64,000 bases of DNA, taken from positions 5,515-69,514 of the forward strand of contig JARRJS010000038.1 of the NCBI GenBank assembly GCA_037388885.1, given 5' to 3'. The translations under genes were made by a program, and so were the position numbers. This DNA comes from Gemmatimonadota bacterium (GTDB taxonomy: Bacteria; Gemmatimonadota; Gemmatimonadetes; Longimicrobiales; RSA9). The notes beneath the pieces were generated by a model. It searched no databases and was not told the origin of the DNA. It worked only from the letters and a program-made list of their open reading frames with translations. Of this stretch, positions 9,705-19,210 are shown piece by piece. Numbering within the stretch: the stretch's first letter is position 1; each line of letters opens with the position of its first letter.

Positions 9705-9862
9705 GCTCGGGTCACCCCTCGGGCTTCATGGGCCGCGTTGTAGCGCCTCGGTTCATCCGCGTCTTCGCTCTGGTGCGTTCCACCACGACCGTCTATCTTG
9801 CAAACCGCTCCTGAGATGCCGGACGGCCACGTCCGGTGCCGACCCCTGGAGCATCCAAAGTC

Positions 9863-10114
9863 ATGGGATTCCTGCCGCCGGAGATTTCATTGCATTACGA
9901 AACACCAGATGGCACCCAGGCATCCATACCGGACTGCCTGGCGTTTAGCCTGGAACGGTACTTCGATTTCCGAAGGCCGGTGGAATTGCGTGCAACGTCC
10001 CACACAGCCGTGCTGGAACGCATCCGCCCCACAGTCAGTGAAGCGTGTCAAACCCACTTCACTGCATTCCTGCGGCAGCTCCGCTCCGAGGGGTCGCTCA
10101 CGCTGCATCGCTGA
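9863..10114 (+). CDS. Small hypothetical protein (83 aa)
   Basis: MGFLPPEISLHYETPDG...LRQLRSEGSLTLHR has globular-protein composition unlike the Arg/Pro/Gly shadow ORFs. GGAG at 9848 and a -10-like TATCTT at 9794. Confidence 0.6.
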   Translation: MGFLPPEISLHYETPDGTQASIPDCLAFSLERYFDFRRPVELRATSHTAVLERIRPTVSEACQTHFTAFLRQLRSEGSLTLHR

Positions 10115-10150
10115 GCAGTTCGCGGTGAGCGCGCGCGGCGCGCAATACAG

Positions 10151-10178
10151 TTGACACCCGGAACGTTTCCGATACCTT
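10151..10178 (+). promoter_or_regulatory. sigma70-type promoter of prs-rplY-pth
   Basis: TTGACA-N16-TACCTT. Confidence 0.65.
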
Positions 10179-10224
10179 ACAGGCCTGTTGCTCAGGCTAT
10201 TGGAAAACTCGCACCCGTACGTGC

Positions 10225-11175
10225 ATGTCGGATCATCAGGTCCGCGGACCGCTGCTGCTCATGGCCGGTACTGCGAATCGGCCGCTGGCGGAGGAAATCG
10301 CGGAATCCATCGGCATTCCACTCGGGGATGTGACGATCTCGCGCTTTGAGGACGGCGAGATCTTCGTTCGTATCAATCAGAACGCGCGGGGGCGCGACGC
10401 GTTCATCATCCAGCCGACGCCACCGCCGGCGGACAGCCTGATGGAGCTGCTGCTGATGGTGGACGCAGCGAAGCGGGCATCGGCGGCGCGGGTGACGGTG
10501 GTGACGCCGTATTACGGGTATGCGCGCCAGGATCGGAAAGACCAGCCGCGCGTGGCGATCGGTGCGAAGCTGGTCGCGAACCTGATGGAGGCGGCGGGCG
10601 CGGATCGGGTGCTTGGCATGGATTTTCATACGCACCAGATCCAGGGCTTTTTCGACGTGCCGGTGGATCACCTGTACGCGGCGCCGGTGCTGACCCGCTA
10701 TTTCCAGGATATGGACCTGGAAGACCCGGTCGTGGTGGCGCCGGATGTGGGTGCGGCCAAGATGGCGCGTGGCTTTGCCCGGCGGATCAACGCAAATTTT
10801 GCCATCATTGACAAGCGTCGTCCTGCGCAGAACGTGGCGGAGGTGCTGACGGTGGTGGGCGAAGTGGAGGGTCGGCCGTGCCTGATCGTGGACGACATGA
10901 TCGACACGGCGGGCACGATGACCAGCGTGATCGAGGCGCTCAAGGAGCGCGACGCGACGGAAATCTACGTGGCCGCGACGCACGCGCTGCTTTCGGGCCC
11001 CGCTGTCCAGCGACTGGAGGCGGCGCCCACGGAAGCCGTGGTGGTGACCAACACGCTGAACGTCCCGAAGGAGAAGCGGTTCCCGAAGCTGAAGGTGCTG
11101 TCCATCGCACAATTGCTGGCGCGAGCGATCCGCTACACGCACTCGAACGAATCAGTGAGCCAGCTGTTCGACTGA
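10225..11175 (+). CDS. prs: Ribose-phosphate pyrophosphokinase
   Basis: FEDGE, PYYGYARQDRK, QIQGFFD, VAPDVG, DDMIDTAGT and ATHALLS motifs. Confidence 0.98.
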   Translation: MSDHQVRGPLLLMAGTANRPLAEEIAESIGIPLGDVTISRFEDGEIFVRINQNARGRDAFIIQPTPPPADSLMELLLMVDAAKRASAARVTVVTPYYGYARQDRKDQPRVAIGAKLVANLMEAAGADRVLGMDFHTHQIQGFFDVPVDHLYAAPVLTRYFQDMDLEDPVVVAPDVGAAKMARGFARRINANFAIIDKRRPAQNVAEVLTVVGEVEGRPCLIVDDMIDTAGTMTSVIEALKERDATEIYVAATHALLSGPAVQRLEAAPTEAVVVTNTLNVPKEKRFPKLKVLSIAQLLARAIRYTHSNESVSQLFD

Positions 11176-11191
11176 AGGGAGAAGGGAAGGT

Positions 11192-11884
11192 ATGACGGAG
11201 ACGGTGACGTTGAAGGCCTTGCCGCGGAAGGAAAGGGGCAAGGGTCCCGCACGCAGGATGCGGCGGGATGGCCGGATTCCGGCCGTGGTATACGGGCGCA
11301 ACGAGGAGACGCGCTCCTTGAGCATCGATGCCCACGAGTTCGACAACCTGATGCGGCACGTATCGCTGGAGAACACCCTGATCGATCTGTCCATCAAGGG
11401 TAAGCGCGGCAAGATCCGGGCGCTGGTGGGCGAGGTGCAGGTGAACCCGGTGAAGGCGGAAGTGCTGCACGTGGATTTCCTCCAGATCCAGGCGGGCCAG
11501 AAAGTGCACGTGCAGGTCCCGATCCGCCTCGAGGGTGCAGCGGAAGGCGTCAAGGAAGGCGGCGTGTTGCAGCACGTGCTGCACGAGGTGGAAGTGCGCT
11601 GCTCCTCCGATGCGATCCCGGAAGAATTCACGGTGGACGTGTCCGCGCTGGTCATCGGCGACTCCATCCATATCTCCGACATGGCGTTTCCGGACGGTGT
11701 GGAAGTGCAGGTCGACGAGGATCGGACGGTGTGCCTGGTGGCGGCGCCGCGCGTGCTGGTGACCGAGGAGGAGGAAGAAGAAGCGGCCGAGTTGGAAGAG
11801 GGCATGGAGCCGGAGTTGGTCGGTCGGGAAGAAGGCGAGGAAGCGGAAGAGGCCGAGGACGAGGAGTCCAACGCGGAATCCTGA
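11192..11884 (+). CDS. rplY: 50S ribosomal protein L25 / Ctc (long form with acidic tail)
   Basis: GKGPARRMRRDGRIPAVVYG, HVDF and GVKEGG motifs; Glu-rich tail. Confidence 0.97.
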   Translation: MTETVTLKALPRKERGKGPARRMRRDGRIPAVVYGRNEETRSLSIDAHEFDNLMRHVSLENTLIDLSIKGKRGKIRALVGEVQVNPVKAEVLHVDFLQIQAGQKVHVQVPIRLEGAAEGVKEGGVLQHVLHEVEVRCSSDAIPEEFTVDVSALVIGDSIHISDMAFPDGVEVQVDEDRTVCLVAAPRVLVTEEEEEEAAELEEGMEPELVGREEGEEAEEAEDEESNAES

Positions 11885-12448
11885 GTGAAAGTCGTGTGTG
11901 GGTTGGGCAATCCTGGCCCGGAATACGACGCGACCCGGCACAACGTCGGGTGGTGGCTCGTGGACCGGATTGCCGCCGATTGGGGGCTCGGTCCGTTCCG
12001 AGGTGAAGCACAAGCGCTGATCGCGGCGGGCCAGGTGGGTCCGCATCACGTACTGCTGGTCAAACCTCGCACGTACATGAATCGCAGTGGGGCGGCGCTT
12101 GCCCCGTTCCGGCACGTCGACGGCTTCGATGTCACCCGCGACCTTCTCGTGGTGGTGGATGATGCCGTGCTGGACGTGGGACGCGTCCGGTTCCGGCCCG
12201 CAGGCAGCGCCGGCGGGCACAACGGCCTGAAGTCGGTGGAATCGGCGCTGGGCACTCGGGAGTACGCCCGTTTGCGGATCGGCGTGGGCACGCCGCCGGA
12301 TGGCGTGGACCTGGCCGATTGGGTGCTGTCCGGATTGCCGGCGGAGGAAGAGGAGCGAATCGTCGCGTTGCTGCCGGACCTGGCCGCGGGTGTGCGGCTC
12401 TGGTTGGACGAGGGGATTGAGGCGGCGATGAGTCGGTACAACAGATAG
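11885..12448 (+). CDS. pth: Peptidyl-tRNA hydrolase
   Basis: GLGNPGPEY..TRHNVG, KPRTYMNRSG, GGHNGLKS and RLRIGVG motifs. Confidence 0.97.
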   Translation: MKVVCGLGNPGPEYDATRHNVGWWLVDRIAADWGLGPFRGEAQALIAAGQVGPHHVLLVKPRTYMNRSGAALAPFRHVDGFDVTRDLLVVVDDAVLDVGRVRFRPAGSAGGHNGLKSVESALGTREYARLRIGVGTPPDGVDLADWVLSGLPAEEEERIVALLPDLAAGVRLWLDEGIEAAMSRYNR

Positions 12449-12478
12449 CAGACCAACTGACAAACAGCGGAGGCGTTC

Positions 12479-14608
12479 GTGACGGACTTACTGGCGTGGA
12501 CGCAAGGGGCCGCAGTGCTGGGGCTGGTGGGGTTGGCCGTAGCGCTGGGCCTGTTCTTGTATGTGAGGTCTCAACCGACCGGAACAGATTTGATGCGGGA
12601 GATTGGGAACGCCATCCACGAAGGTGCGATGGCGTTCTTGCGTCGGGAATACACGGTGCTGGCCGCGTTCGTGGTGGTGGTGGCGGTGCTGCTGGGTTTG
12701 GCCATCGGCCCCTACACCTCGTTCGCATACGTCACCGGCGCGCTGTGCTCGGTGCTGGCCGGCTTTTTCGGCATGTCCGCGGCCACGCGCGCGAACGTGC
12801 GCACGGCTGCGGCCGCGAAGGAGTCGGGGCAGGGGAAGGCACTACGGGTCGCGTTCTTCGGCGGGGCGGTGATGGGTCTGTCGGTGGGTGCCCTGGGACT
12901 GTTGGGCATCGGCATCTGGTATTTCGTGTTTGCGGCGCACGCGCAGGGTGAGGGGTTCCGCGCGTTCTCAGAGATCATCAGCGGGTTCGCCATGGGGGCC
13001 AGCTCCATCGCCTTGTTCGCGCGCGTGGCAGGCGGCGTCTATACGAAAGCTGCCGACGTAGGCGCGGACCTGGTGGGGAAGGTGGAGGCGGGCATTCCGG
13101 AGGATGATCCACGTAACCCGGGCGTGATCGCGGATAACGTCGGCGACAACGTGGGCGACGTCGCCGGCATGGGCGCCGACATTTTCGAGAGTTATGTCGG
13201 CAGCATCATCGCCACCATCGCTATCGGCGCAACGAGTGCGCTCTACGCGACGAACAGGGCCGAAGCCGTCGCTTTGCCCTTGCTTGCTGCCATGATCGGC
13301 CTGGTGGCCTCTCTGGTCGGCATTGCACTCATGAAGGTCTTGGAGCGTTCCAACGCGGCGGCTGCACTGCGCAACGTGACATTCATTGCCGCCATTTTGT
13401 TCCTGGTGGCCATGTACTTCGTCGTGCGCGGCATGGGCTTCGAGATCTTCGACCCGACGACGGCGCAATCCTATTCCGCCACAGGTCCGTTCTGGGCGAT
13501 CCTGTCCGGCACGATCGTGGGCATCGCGGTGGGCCTCATCACGGAGTTCTACACCGCGGCAAGCCCCATCCGGCGGATCGCAGACGCCAGCCTCACCGGG
13601 TCGGCCACCAACATCATCCACGGCCTGGCCGTCGGTATGGAATCCACGGCGCTACCCGTGTTGTTGATCGCGGCGGCCATCGGCGTCTCGTACCACTTCG
13701 CCGGACTCTATGGCATCGGCATCGCGGCCGTGGGCATGCTGGCCACCGTCGGCGTGACCATGTCGGTGGACGCTTACGGCCCGGTCGCGGACAACGCGGG
13801 CGGCATCTCGGAGATGAGCGGGTTGGGTCCGGAGGTCCGCAAGATCACGGACAGTCTGGACGCCATCGGCAACACGACGGCGGCTATCGGCAAGGGCTTC
13901 GCCATCGGCTCGGCGGCCCTGACCGCCCTGGCGCTGTTCAGCGCTTACGCAACCGCCGTGGGTCTGCACAACGGCGGCCTGGACATCATCAATCCGGAAG
14001 TGACCATCGGGCTGCTCATTGGCGGCACCATGCCGTTCTTCATCTCGGCGCTTACCATGACGGCCGTGGGCCGTGCGGCGGAAGGCATGGTGAACGAGGT
14101 GCGCCGGCAGTTCCGTGAGATCCCGGGTATCATGGAGGGCACCACCAAGCCGGACAGCGCACGCTGCGTCGATATCTCCACGCGCGCCGCGCTAAAGGAG
14201 ATGATCATTCCCGGCCTGACCGCGATCATCGTGCCGGTCGTCGTCGGCTACTTCAGCGTCCGCGCACTGGGCGGTCTGCTTGCCGGCGCCACCGTCACCG
14301 GCGTGCTCATGGCGCTCTTCATGGCGAACGCCGGCGGGGCGTGGGACAACGCCAAGAAGTTCATCGAGGGCGGTGAGCACGGCGGCAAGGGCAGCGAACC
14401 GCACAAGGCCGCCGTCGTGGGCGACACCGTGGGCGACCCGTTCAAGGACACGTCGGGTCCGTCGCTCAACATTCTCATCAAGCTGATGAGCGTCGTGTCG
14501 TTGGTGCTCTCTCCGTGGTTCGTGAAGGTACACCACCTGAACGTGCACGGTGATGTCACCGCGGTTGTCGAGCTCATCCGGACGGCCTTGCACGCGGTCT
14601 TCGGATAG
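12479..14608 (+). CDS. hppA: Membrane-bound ion-translocating pyrophosphatase, K+-dependent (probably Na+-PPase)
   Basis: [29 protein letters not shown] and [15 protein letters not shown] motifs. GNTTAA carries Ala, the K+-dependence signature. GADIFESY has the Glu typical of Na+-pumping enzymes. Confidence 0.95.
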   Translation: MTDLLAWTQGAAVLGLVGLAVALGLFLYVRSQPTGTDLMREIGNAIHEGAMAFLRREYTVLAAFVVVVAVLLGLAIGPYTSFAYVTGALCSVLAGFFGMSAATRANVRTAAAAKESGQGKALRVAFFGGAVMGLSVGALGLLGIGIWYFVFAAHAQGEGFRAFSEIISGFAMGASSIALFARVAGGVYTKAADVGADLVGKVEAGIPEDDPRNPGVIADNVGDNVGDVAGMGADIFESYVGSIIATIAIGATSALYATNRAEAVALPLLAAMIGLVASLVGIALMKVLERSNAAAALRNVTFIAAILFLVAMYFVVRGMGFEIFDPTTAQSYSATGPFWAILSGTIVGIAVGLITEFYTAASPIRRIADASLTGSATNIIHGLAVGMESTALPVLLIAAAIGVSYHFAGLYGIGIAAVGMLATVGVTMSVDAYGPVADNAGGISEMSGLGPEVRKITDSLDAIGNTTAAIGKGFAIGSAALTALALFSAYATAVGLHNGGLDIINPEVTIGLLIGGTMPFFISALTMTAVGRAAEGMVNEVRRQFREIPGIMEGTTKPDSARCVDISTRAALKEMIIPGLTAIIVPVVVGYFSVRALGGLLAGATVTGVLMALFMANAGGAWDNAKKFIEGGEHGGKGSEPHKAAVVGDTVGDPFKDTSGPSLNILIKLMSVVSLVLSPWFVKVHHLNVHGDVTAVVELIRTALHAVFG

Positions 14609-14840
14609 GTGGCAGGTAGCAGGTAGCAGCTTGGAGCCAGCTGGGAGCGCGCCGCGTGGACGGTCCCCGGCGGGACCGCTGCCCGCGCGGCGTACGCCTT
14701 CGGGCTCCTGGGGCCCCGGCAGGATCGCTGCCGACGGGGCGCACGCCGGCGCGCCCGCCACGGCCCGTGCGGCGGTGCCGAAATGGCCGGCAGGCCCGCT
14801 GCGAGCATGGATCCGCTGGCATGCTGGCCTGCCACCTGCA
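14607..14840. repeat. Heptamer (GCAGGTN) inverted-repeat-bounded structured intergenic element, copy 1
   Basis: Left end AGGTGGCAGGTAGCAGGTAGCAGC and right end CCTGCCACCTGCA. Internal hairpins CGGTCCC/GGGACCG, GCCCCGGCAG/CTGCC..GGGGC and GGCAGGCC..AGCATG/CATGCT-GGCCTGCC. Confidence 0.6.
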
Positions 14841-14841
14841 A

Positions 14842-14869
14842 GCGGGTCGCGGTTGAGACCGCGACCCGC
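14842..14869. terminator. Perfect 12-bp hairpin (terminator-like or stabilising; no U-tract)
   Basis: GCGGGTCGCGGT-TGAG-ACCGCGACCCGC downstream of hppA. Confidence 0.55.
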
Positions 14870-14950
14870 GCCCTGTTGCCTGACCATGGCGGCTGCTATC
14901 GGATCGCCTGGCACGCGGCCTACACTCTTTGACCCCGACCCCTGACCTTC

Positions 14951-16156
14951 ATGGCCGATCTCAGCTTTGGCGCAGCCATCGAATTCGCCCGCGACCTGAT
15001 CCGCATTCCCAGCCCGCCCGGCGGAGAGGGCGAGGTAGGGGACCGCTTGCTGCGGGAGTTGAATCGGCTGGGGTTCGACCGGGCGTGGCGTGACGATGTG
15101 GGCAACGTGATCGGCGTGGTGGAGGGCCGGGGCGAGGCGCGGCCGGTCATGCTGAGCTGCCACCTGGACATCGTGGATCCCGGCGACCAGAACGCGTGGG
15201 AACACTCGCCTTACGGCGCCGACCTGGCGGACGGCTACCTGCACGGCCGGGGCGCCATGGACATCAAGGGGCCGCTGGCTCTCCAGACTTACGCCGCCGC
15301 CCATTTCGTCGGCGACCGGCCGCCGGGCGACGTGATCGTCGCGCACACGGTGCTGGAGGAGCGGGGCGGCTGGGGCATGGAGCACCTGCTGCAATCGGGC
15401 GCCGTGAAACCGGGTGCGGCCATCGTGGGGGAATCGACGCACGGCGACGTCACCATCGGACACCGCGGTCGCGCCGAGATCGTCGTCTCCCTGCACGGCC
15501 TCGCGGGGCACGCCAGCGCGCCCGAGCGTGCGGCGAACGCCCTGGACGGCCTACCCGCCGTGCTGCAGGCCGTGCGTGACTTTGCCGCGACGGAGTTGAC
15601 GGCCGAGGATCCCGTTCTGGGTCGCGCCACCCTGGTCGCCACCCAGGTGGACGTACTGCCTGACAGCCGCAACGTGATCCCTGATCTCGTGCACGTCTAT
15701 CTCGACTGGCGCGTCCTGCCGGGCTTTACGCCCGCGTCGTCGGCCGACGCCGTGCGCACGTTCCTGGACGAACGCCTCCGGCTGGAGGACGATCGGCTGC
15801 GCGTGGAGGTCGCGTGCGCCACCGAACGGCAGCACACCTGCACCGGCCTGGAGGAGGATCGCGAGCTGTTCACGCCGGGGTTCCTGTTGCCCGACGACCA
15901 CGCCGTCGTCCGTGCAGCCGCCCAGGCCGTCGGCCGGGCCACCGGTCATGCGCCCGCCGTCCGGCCCTGGGCGTTCGCCACAGACGGAGGCCATATCTGT
16001 GGCGTACACGGCATCCCGACCATCGGCTATGCGCCCGGCGAGGAACGACACGCCCACACCAACATCGAGCGCCTCAGCCTGGCCGCCGCAGAAGAATCGT
16101 ATTTCGTCTATCCCCAGTTGATCAGCGCCCTCTTCTCGGTATTGCCGAAAGCCTGA
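14951..16156 (+). CDS. M20/M25/M40 family metallo-hydrolase (ArgE/DapE/YgeY-like)
   Basis: SCHLDIV, HGRGAMDIKG, LEERGG, VGEST, FATDG and HAH metal-ligand motifs. Confidence 0.92.
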   Translation: MADLSFGAAIEFARDLIRIPSPPGGEGEVGDRLLRELNRLGFDRAWRDDVGNVIGVVEGRGEARPVMLSCHLDIVDPGDQNAWEHSPYGADLADGYLHGRGAMDIKGPLALQTYAAAHFVGDRPPGDVIVAHTVLEERGGWGMEHLLQSGAVKPGAAIVGESTHGDVTIGHRGRAEIVVSLHGLAGHASAPERAANALDGLPAVLQAVRDFAATELTAEDPVLGRATLVATQVDVLPDSRNVIPDLVHVYLDWRVLPGFTPASSADAVRTFLDERLRLEDDRLRVEVACATERQHTCTGLEEDRELFTPGFLLPDDHAVVRAAAQAVGRATGHAPAVRPWAFATDGGHICGVHGIPTIGYAPGEERHAHTNIERLSLAAAEESYFVYPQLISALFSVLPKA

Positions 16157-16310
16157 ATGCCGGGGCCCGGCCGATGGGTCCGACCCGGTTCGCGGGCGTC
16201 CAGGAGGTGGAAAATCGTCTTCGCGCTCTTCCTGTCGGCCTGTCACCCCGGCAGGGACCGGCGAACGACGGTGGGGGTCTCTCCGTCGCGGGCGAAGGGT
16301 GGTGGGCCGG

Positions 16311-16820
16311 CTACGATCCGTGAATCCGCTTGGTGAGTGCGGGCACTACGCCCATGGCCCGCGCCCAGTGCGCGAGCTGTCCGCGGTGGTGCTCTTCGTG
16401 GGCGATGCCGTGGTTCATCCAGGCGAGGCGTGTGCCCAGTTTGCCGTCGAAGCGACGGATGTGCTGCAGCATGGCCAGCTCGCCGGCGTCGCGGATCCTG
16501 TGCAGACCCTCTTCGCCCGTGCTCCGCAGCAGCTCTGCGAGCCCGTCCCGACTGGCCGACTCCGGTAGCAAACCTGCGTGCTCGCGGATATGCTCGGGAT
16601 AGCCCTGGCGCGTGAAGTCGCCAACAGGGTTGCTGAGCTCACCGGCCATCACCTGACCCGATGCCACGATGTGCAACACCAGCTCGGTGACGGTACGCGC
16701 GCCGGGTGCGGGGCTGAAGTCCATCTTGTCGGCGGGCATGTTCTCGAGCTCTGCCACCACGCCTGCCCGGGTGTAGTCCCAGGCTTCCAGCGCTTCATCG
16801 AGCAACGTCTTGTATTCCAT
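16311..16820 (-). CDS. DinB family protein
   Basis: FSPAPGARTVTELVLHI and HEEHHRGQL provide the His triad of the DinB fold. GGAG RBS upstream. Confidence 0.9.
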   Translation of the reverse strand: MEYKTLLDEALEAWDYTRAGVVAELENMPADKMDFSPAPGARTVTELVLHIVASGQVMAGELSNPVGDFTRQGYPEHIREHAGLLPESASRDGLAELLRSTGEEGLHRIRDAGELAMLQHIRRFDGKLGTRLAWMNHGIAHEEHHRGQLAHWARAMGVVPALTKRIHGS

Positions 16821-16962
16821 GAGACCATCTCCGGCGTGGGGCGCAGCGCGCAGCCCGCTCGGGAGCGGTATCCGGACGGGATTGCGGCTACACGAGGTTG
16901 CACGAATAGGCTACGTTTCGTGGTCGTACTGTCGCAATGCGTGTACCAACCGGCGAGACGCA

Positions 16963-18078
16963 GTGCCGAATCTGAAGCTGGGGATCGTAGGACTGCCGAA
17001 TGTCGGCAAGTCGACGCTTTTCAATGCCCTCACCGCCGCGGGGGCTGCGGCGGAGAACTATCCGTTCTGCACGGTAGACCCGAACGTCGGCGTCGTGGAT
17101 GTTCCGGATCCGCGCCTGGATCGGCTCTACGACTGTGTCCAGCCGAAAGCGCGCGTGCCGGCGACGGTCTCGTTCGTGGATATCGCCGGCCTGGTGGAGG
17201 GTGCGTCCCGGGGCGAGGGTCTGGGCAACCAGTTCCTGGCACACATCCGGGGCGTGGACGCCGTCGTGCATGTCGTCCGCTGCTTCGAAGATGCAGACGT
17301 GGCCCACGTGCTGGGCACCGTCGATCCCGTGCGGGACCGCGGCATCATCAGCACCGAGCTGGCGTTGTCGGACCTCCAGTCGGTGGAGCAGCGCCTGGAG
17401 CGCGTGGAGAAGGTGGCTCGCAGTGGCGGGCGCGAGGCGCAGACCGAGGACCGGCTGTTGCGCCAGCTGCACGACGTCCTGTCGGAAGGGAAGCCGGCGC
17501 GCCTGATCGAGGCGCACAGCGAGGAGGAGGCGGGCCTGCTGAGCAGCTACCAGCTGCTGACAGCCAAGCCAGCCCTGTACGTGGCCAATGTCACGGAGGC
17601 GGAGTTCCTGGGCGACGCTCATGAGAGTGCACACGTCGCCGCCTTGCGCGCGGCCGTCGACGGGGATGACGAGCCCGCCGAGGTCGTCGAGCTGGCCGCA
17701 CGCCTCGAAGCGGAGCTGCTTGCTCTGGACGACGACGAGCGGGCGCAGTACCTGGCTGAGCTGGGCCTCGAAGAACCGGGCCTGTATCGTCTCATCCGGG
17801 CCGGGTACCATTTGCTCGGCCTTATCAGCTTCTTCACCACCGGGCCGAAGGAGGTCCGCGCCTGGACCATTCGCGCAGGCACGCGCGCCGCGCAGGCCGC
17901 TGGCGAGATCCACAGTGACTTCGAGCGCGGCTTCATCCGTGCCGAGACCATCGCCTGGGACGAGTACCTGGCCATGGGCTCGGAGAAGGCGGCGAGGGAG
18001 CAGGGTCGCATCCGCAGCGAAGGGCGGGACTACGTCGTTCAGGACGGCGATGTCATCCTCTTTCGCTTCAACGTTTGA
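16963..18078 (+). CDS. ychF: Redox-regulated ATPase YchF
   Basis: [49 protein letters not shown] and the [12 protein letters not shown]-terminus. Confidence 0.98.
   Translation: MPNLKLGIVGLPNVGKSTLFNALTAAGAAAENYPFCTVDPNVGVVDVPDPRLDRLYDCVQPKARVPATVSFVDIAGLVEGASRGEGLGNQFLAHIRGVDAVVHVVRCFEDADVAHVLGTVDPVRDRGIISTELALSDLQSVEQRLERVEKVARSGGREAQTEDRLLRQLHDVLSEGKPARLIEAHSEEEAGLLSSYQLLTAKPALYVANVTEAEFLGDAHESAHVAALRAAVDGDDEPAEVVELAARLEAELLALDDDERAQYLAELGLEEPGLYRLIRAGYHLLGLISFFTTGPKEVRAWTIRAGTRAAQAAGEIHSDFERGFIRAETIAWDEYLAMGSEKAAREQGRIRSEGRDYVVQDGDVILFRFNV
18061..18074 (+). repeat. attL core (last codons of ychF)
   Basis: TTTCGCTTCAACGT followed by TTGA, giving FRFNV*. Confidence 0.85.
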
Positions 18079-18151
18079 TGACCCGTGAACGTCCAGCAAT
18101 AGCGCTGAATTCGTGCGCTGGTGTGTCCGATTGTGTCCCCGCGCCCGGTTT

Positions 18152-18430
18152 TCACGACGCGCGCTCCCCGGCCTGCATGACACGCAGCACGGCTTCCGGA
18201 TCGGCCCGCTGGTAGACCTCTTCGAGCGCCGTGGGCTCAACCCAACCACCGGCCGCGGCGATGTCCTAGGCGGCCAATCCCGTGCGCTCCTGCGCCCACA
18301 GGCGCCGGAACATGTGCCAACCGCCCCGGTCGACGTGGGGCAGCTTCGCCGGCTTATCCGCCCGACGCAGGCAGTAACCCGCCATGAGTTTGTCGAGTGG
18401 CTTGCCGCCACCGGCGTGTGCAAATCCCCG
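18152..18430 (-). pseudogene. Tyrosine recombinase/integrase C-terminal remnant
   Basis: Minus strand reads GKPLDKLMAGYCLRRADKPAKLPHVDRGGWHMFRRLWAQERTGLAA*DIAAAGGWVEPTALEEVYQRADPEAVLRVMQ, with HxxR, GGW and the catalytic Tyr. In-frame TAG at 18266-18268; the N-terminal part is missing. Confidence 0.85.
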
Positions 18431-18460
18431 CAAGCACAGCGCGAGGTCCCGAGACGAATC

Positions 18461-18997
18461 TTACCAAGCAGGCAAGGGGATCTTTAAAGCGAGACCGAGA
18501 CCGACAGCCGGCGGACTCAACGGCTTCGAGACCGGCTCCCATCGGCTGTACCTGATGATCGGCCAGAGGACCAGGCCGAGGGGTAGTCCCACGACGGCCC
18601 CTGCAAGCGCGCCGACGGCGAGGCCGGCCACGGGACCCGGGCAGAGAAACTCACCGTTACAGGACGCCCCGCCGACGACCCCGACCACGGCGCCGGTCAC
18701 GGACATGACGCTCATGGTGATCAGGAGCGTCCGGCGGCTCGTGTATGATTCAGTCTTTTCCTCGATCGTGGACACGTCGGCCAGGGCGTAGCTTATAGGC
18801 TCGAGGCCGTTCGGGGACTCAAACGTTATGCTGTCGCTCGTGATCGCGAGGAGCACCCCCATCCGTCGAAATCCGTCTTGGTGAGTGATCCGGACGGTCT
18901 GACCAGGCGTGAGGCGCGTGAGCACCTGGCCGTGAAGGCCGGTGGCGAAGAGCGATCCGAGCCCTGCCAGAGCGAGGGCCAGCAGCGTGCGCGAAAT
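18461..18997 (-). CDS. Exported glycine-zipper membrane protein, paralog A (178 aa, ATT start)
   Basis: The frame stays open upstream of the listed GTG to ATT at 18997, behind a GGAGG RBS. It is exactly colinear with 19871-20407 (both 537 nt). Confidence 0.8.
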   Translation of the reverse strand: MSRTLLALALAGLGSLFATGLHGQVLTRLTPGQTVRITHQDGFRRMGVLLAITSDSITFESPNGLEPISYALADVSTIEEKTESYTSRRTLLITMSVMSVTGAVVGVVGGASCNGEFLCPGPVAGLAVGALAGAVVGLPLGLVLWPIIRYSRWEPVSKPLSPPAVGLGLALKIPLPAW

Positions 18998-19210
18998 GGG
19001 ACCTCCCGGGTTGAAGTGAGGCTGGTCGTCTATCCCATTAGGTAGGTAAACCGCTTCAAGGCAGGATCAATTGGGCGAACGAATCGGCATCGAGGACGGG
19101 GCCGTTTGACACGTGTTGTGAAGTTCCCGGCTTCCCAGGCAATTACCTTAATGAACGGCCAACGTGTGACCAGCCTCAACCCCACATGGCCCACCTCCCC
19201 GGAGGCCCGC

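Noticed and set aside
11760-11880. GAG/GAA-rich repeats in the rplY tail (and GAC repeats in the rpsF tail)
   Set aside because: They simply encode the usual acidic tails of L25/Ctc and S6
18113-18487. 124-aa plus-strand ORF after ychF
   Set aside because: Antisense to the integrase remnant, with no RBS or recognisable motif
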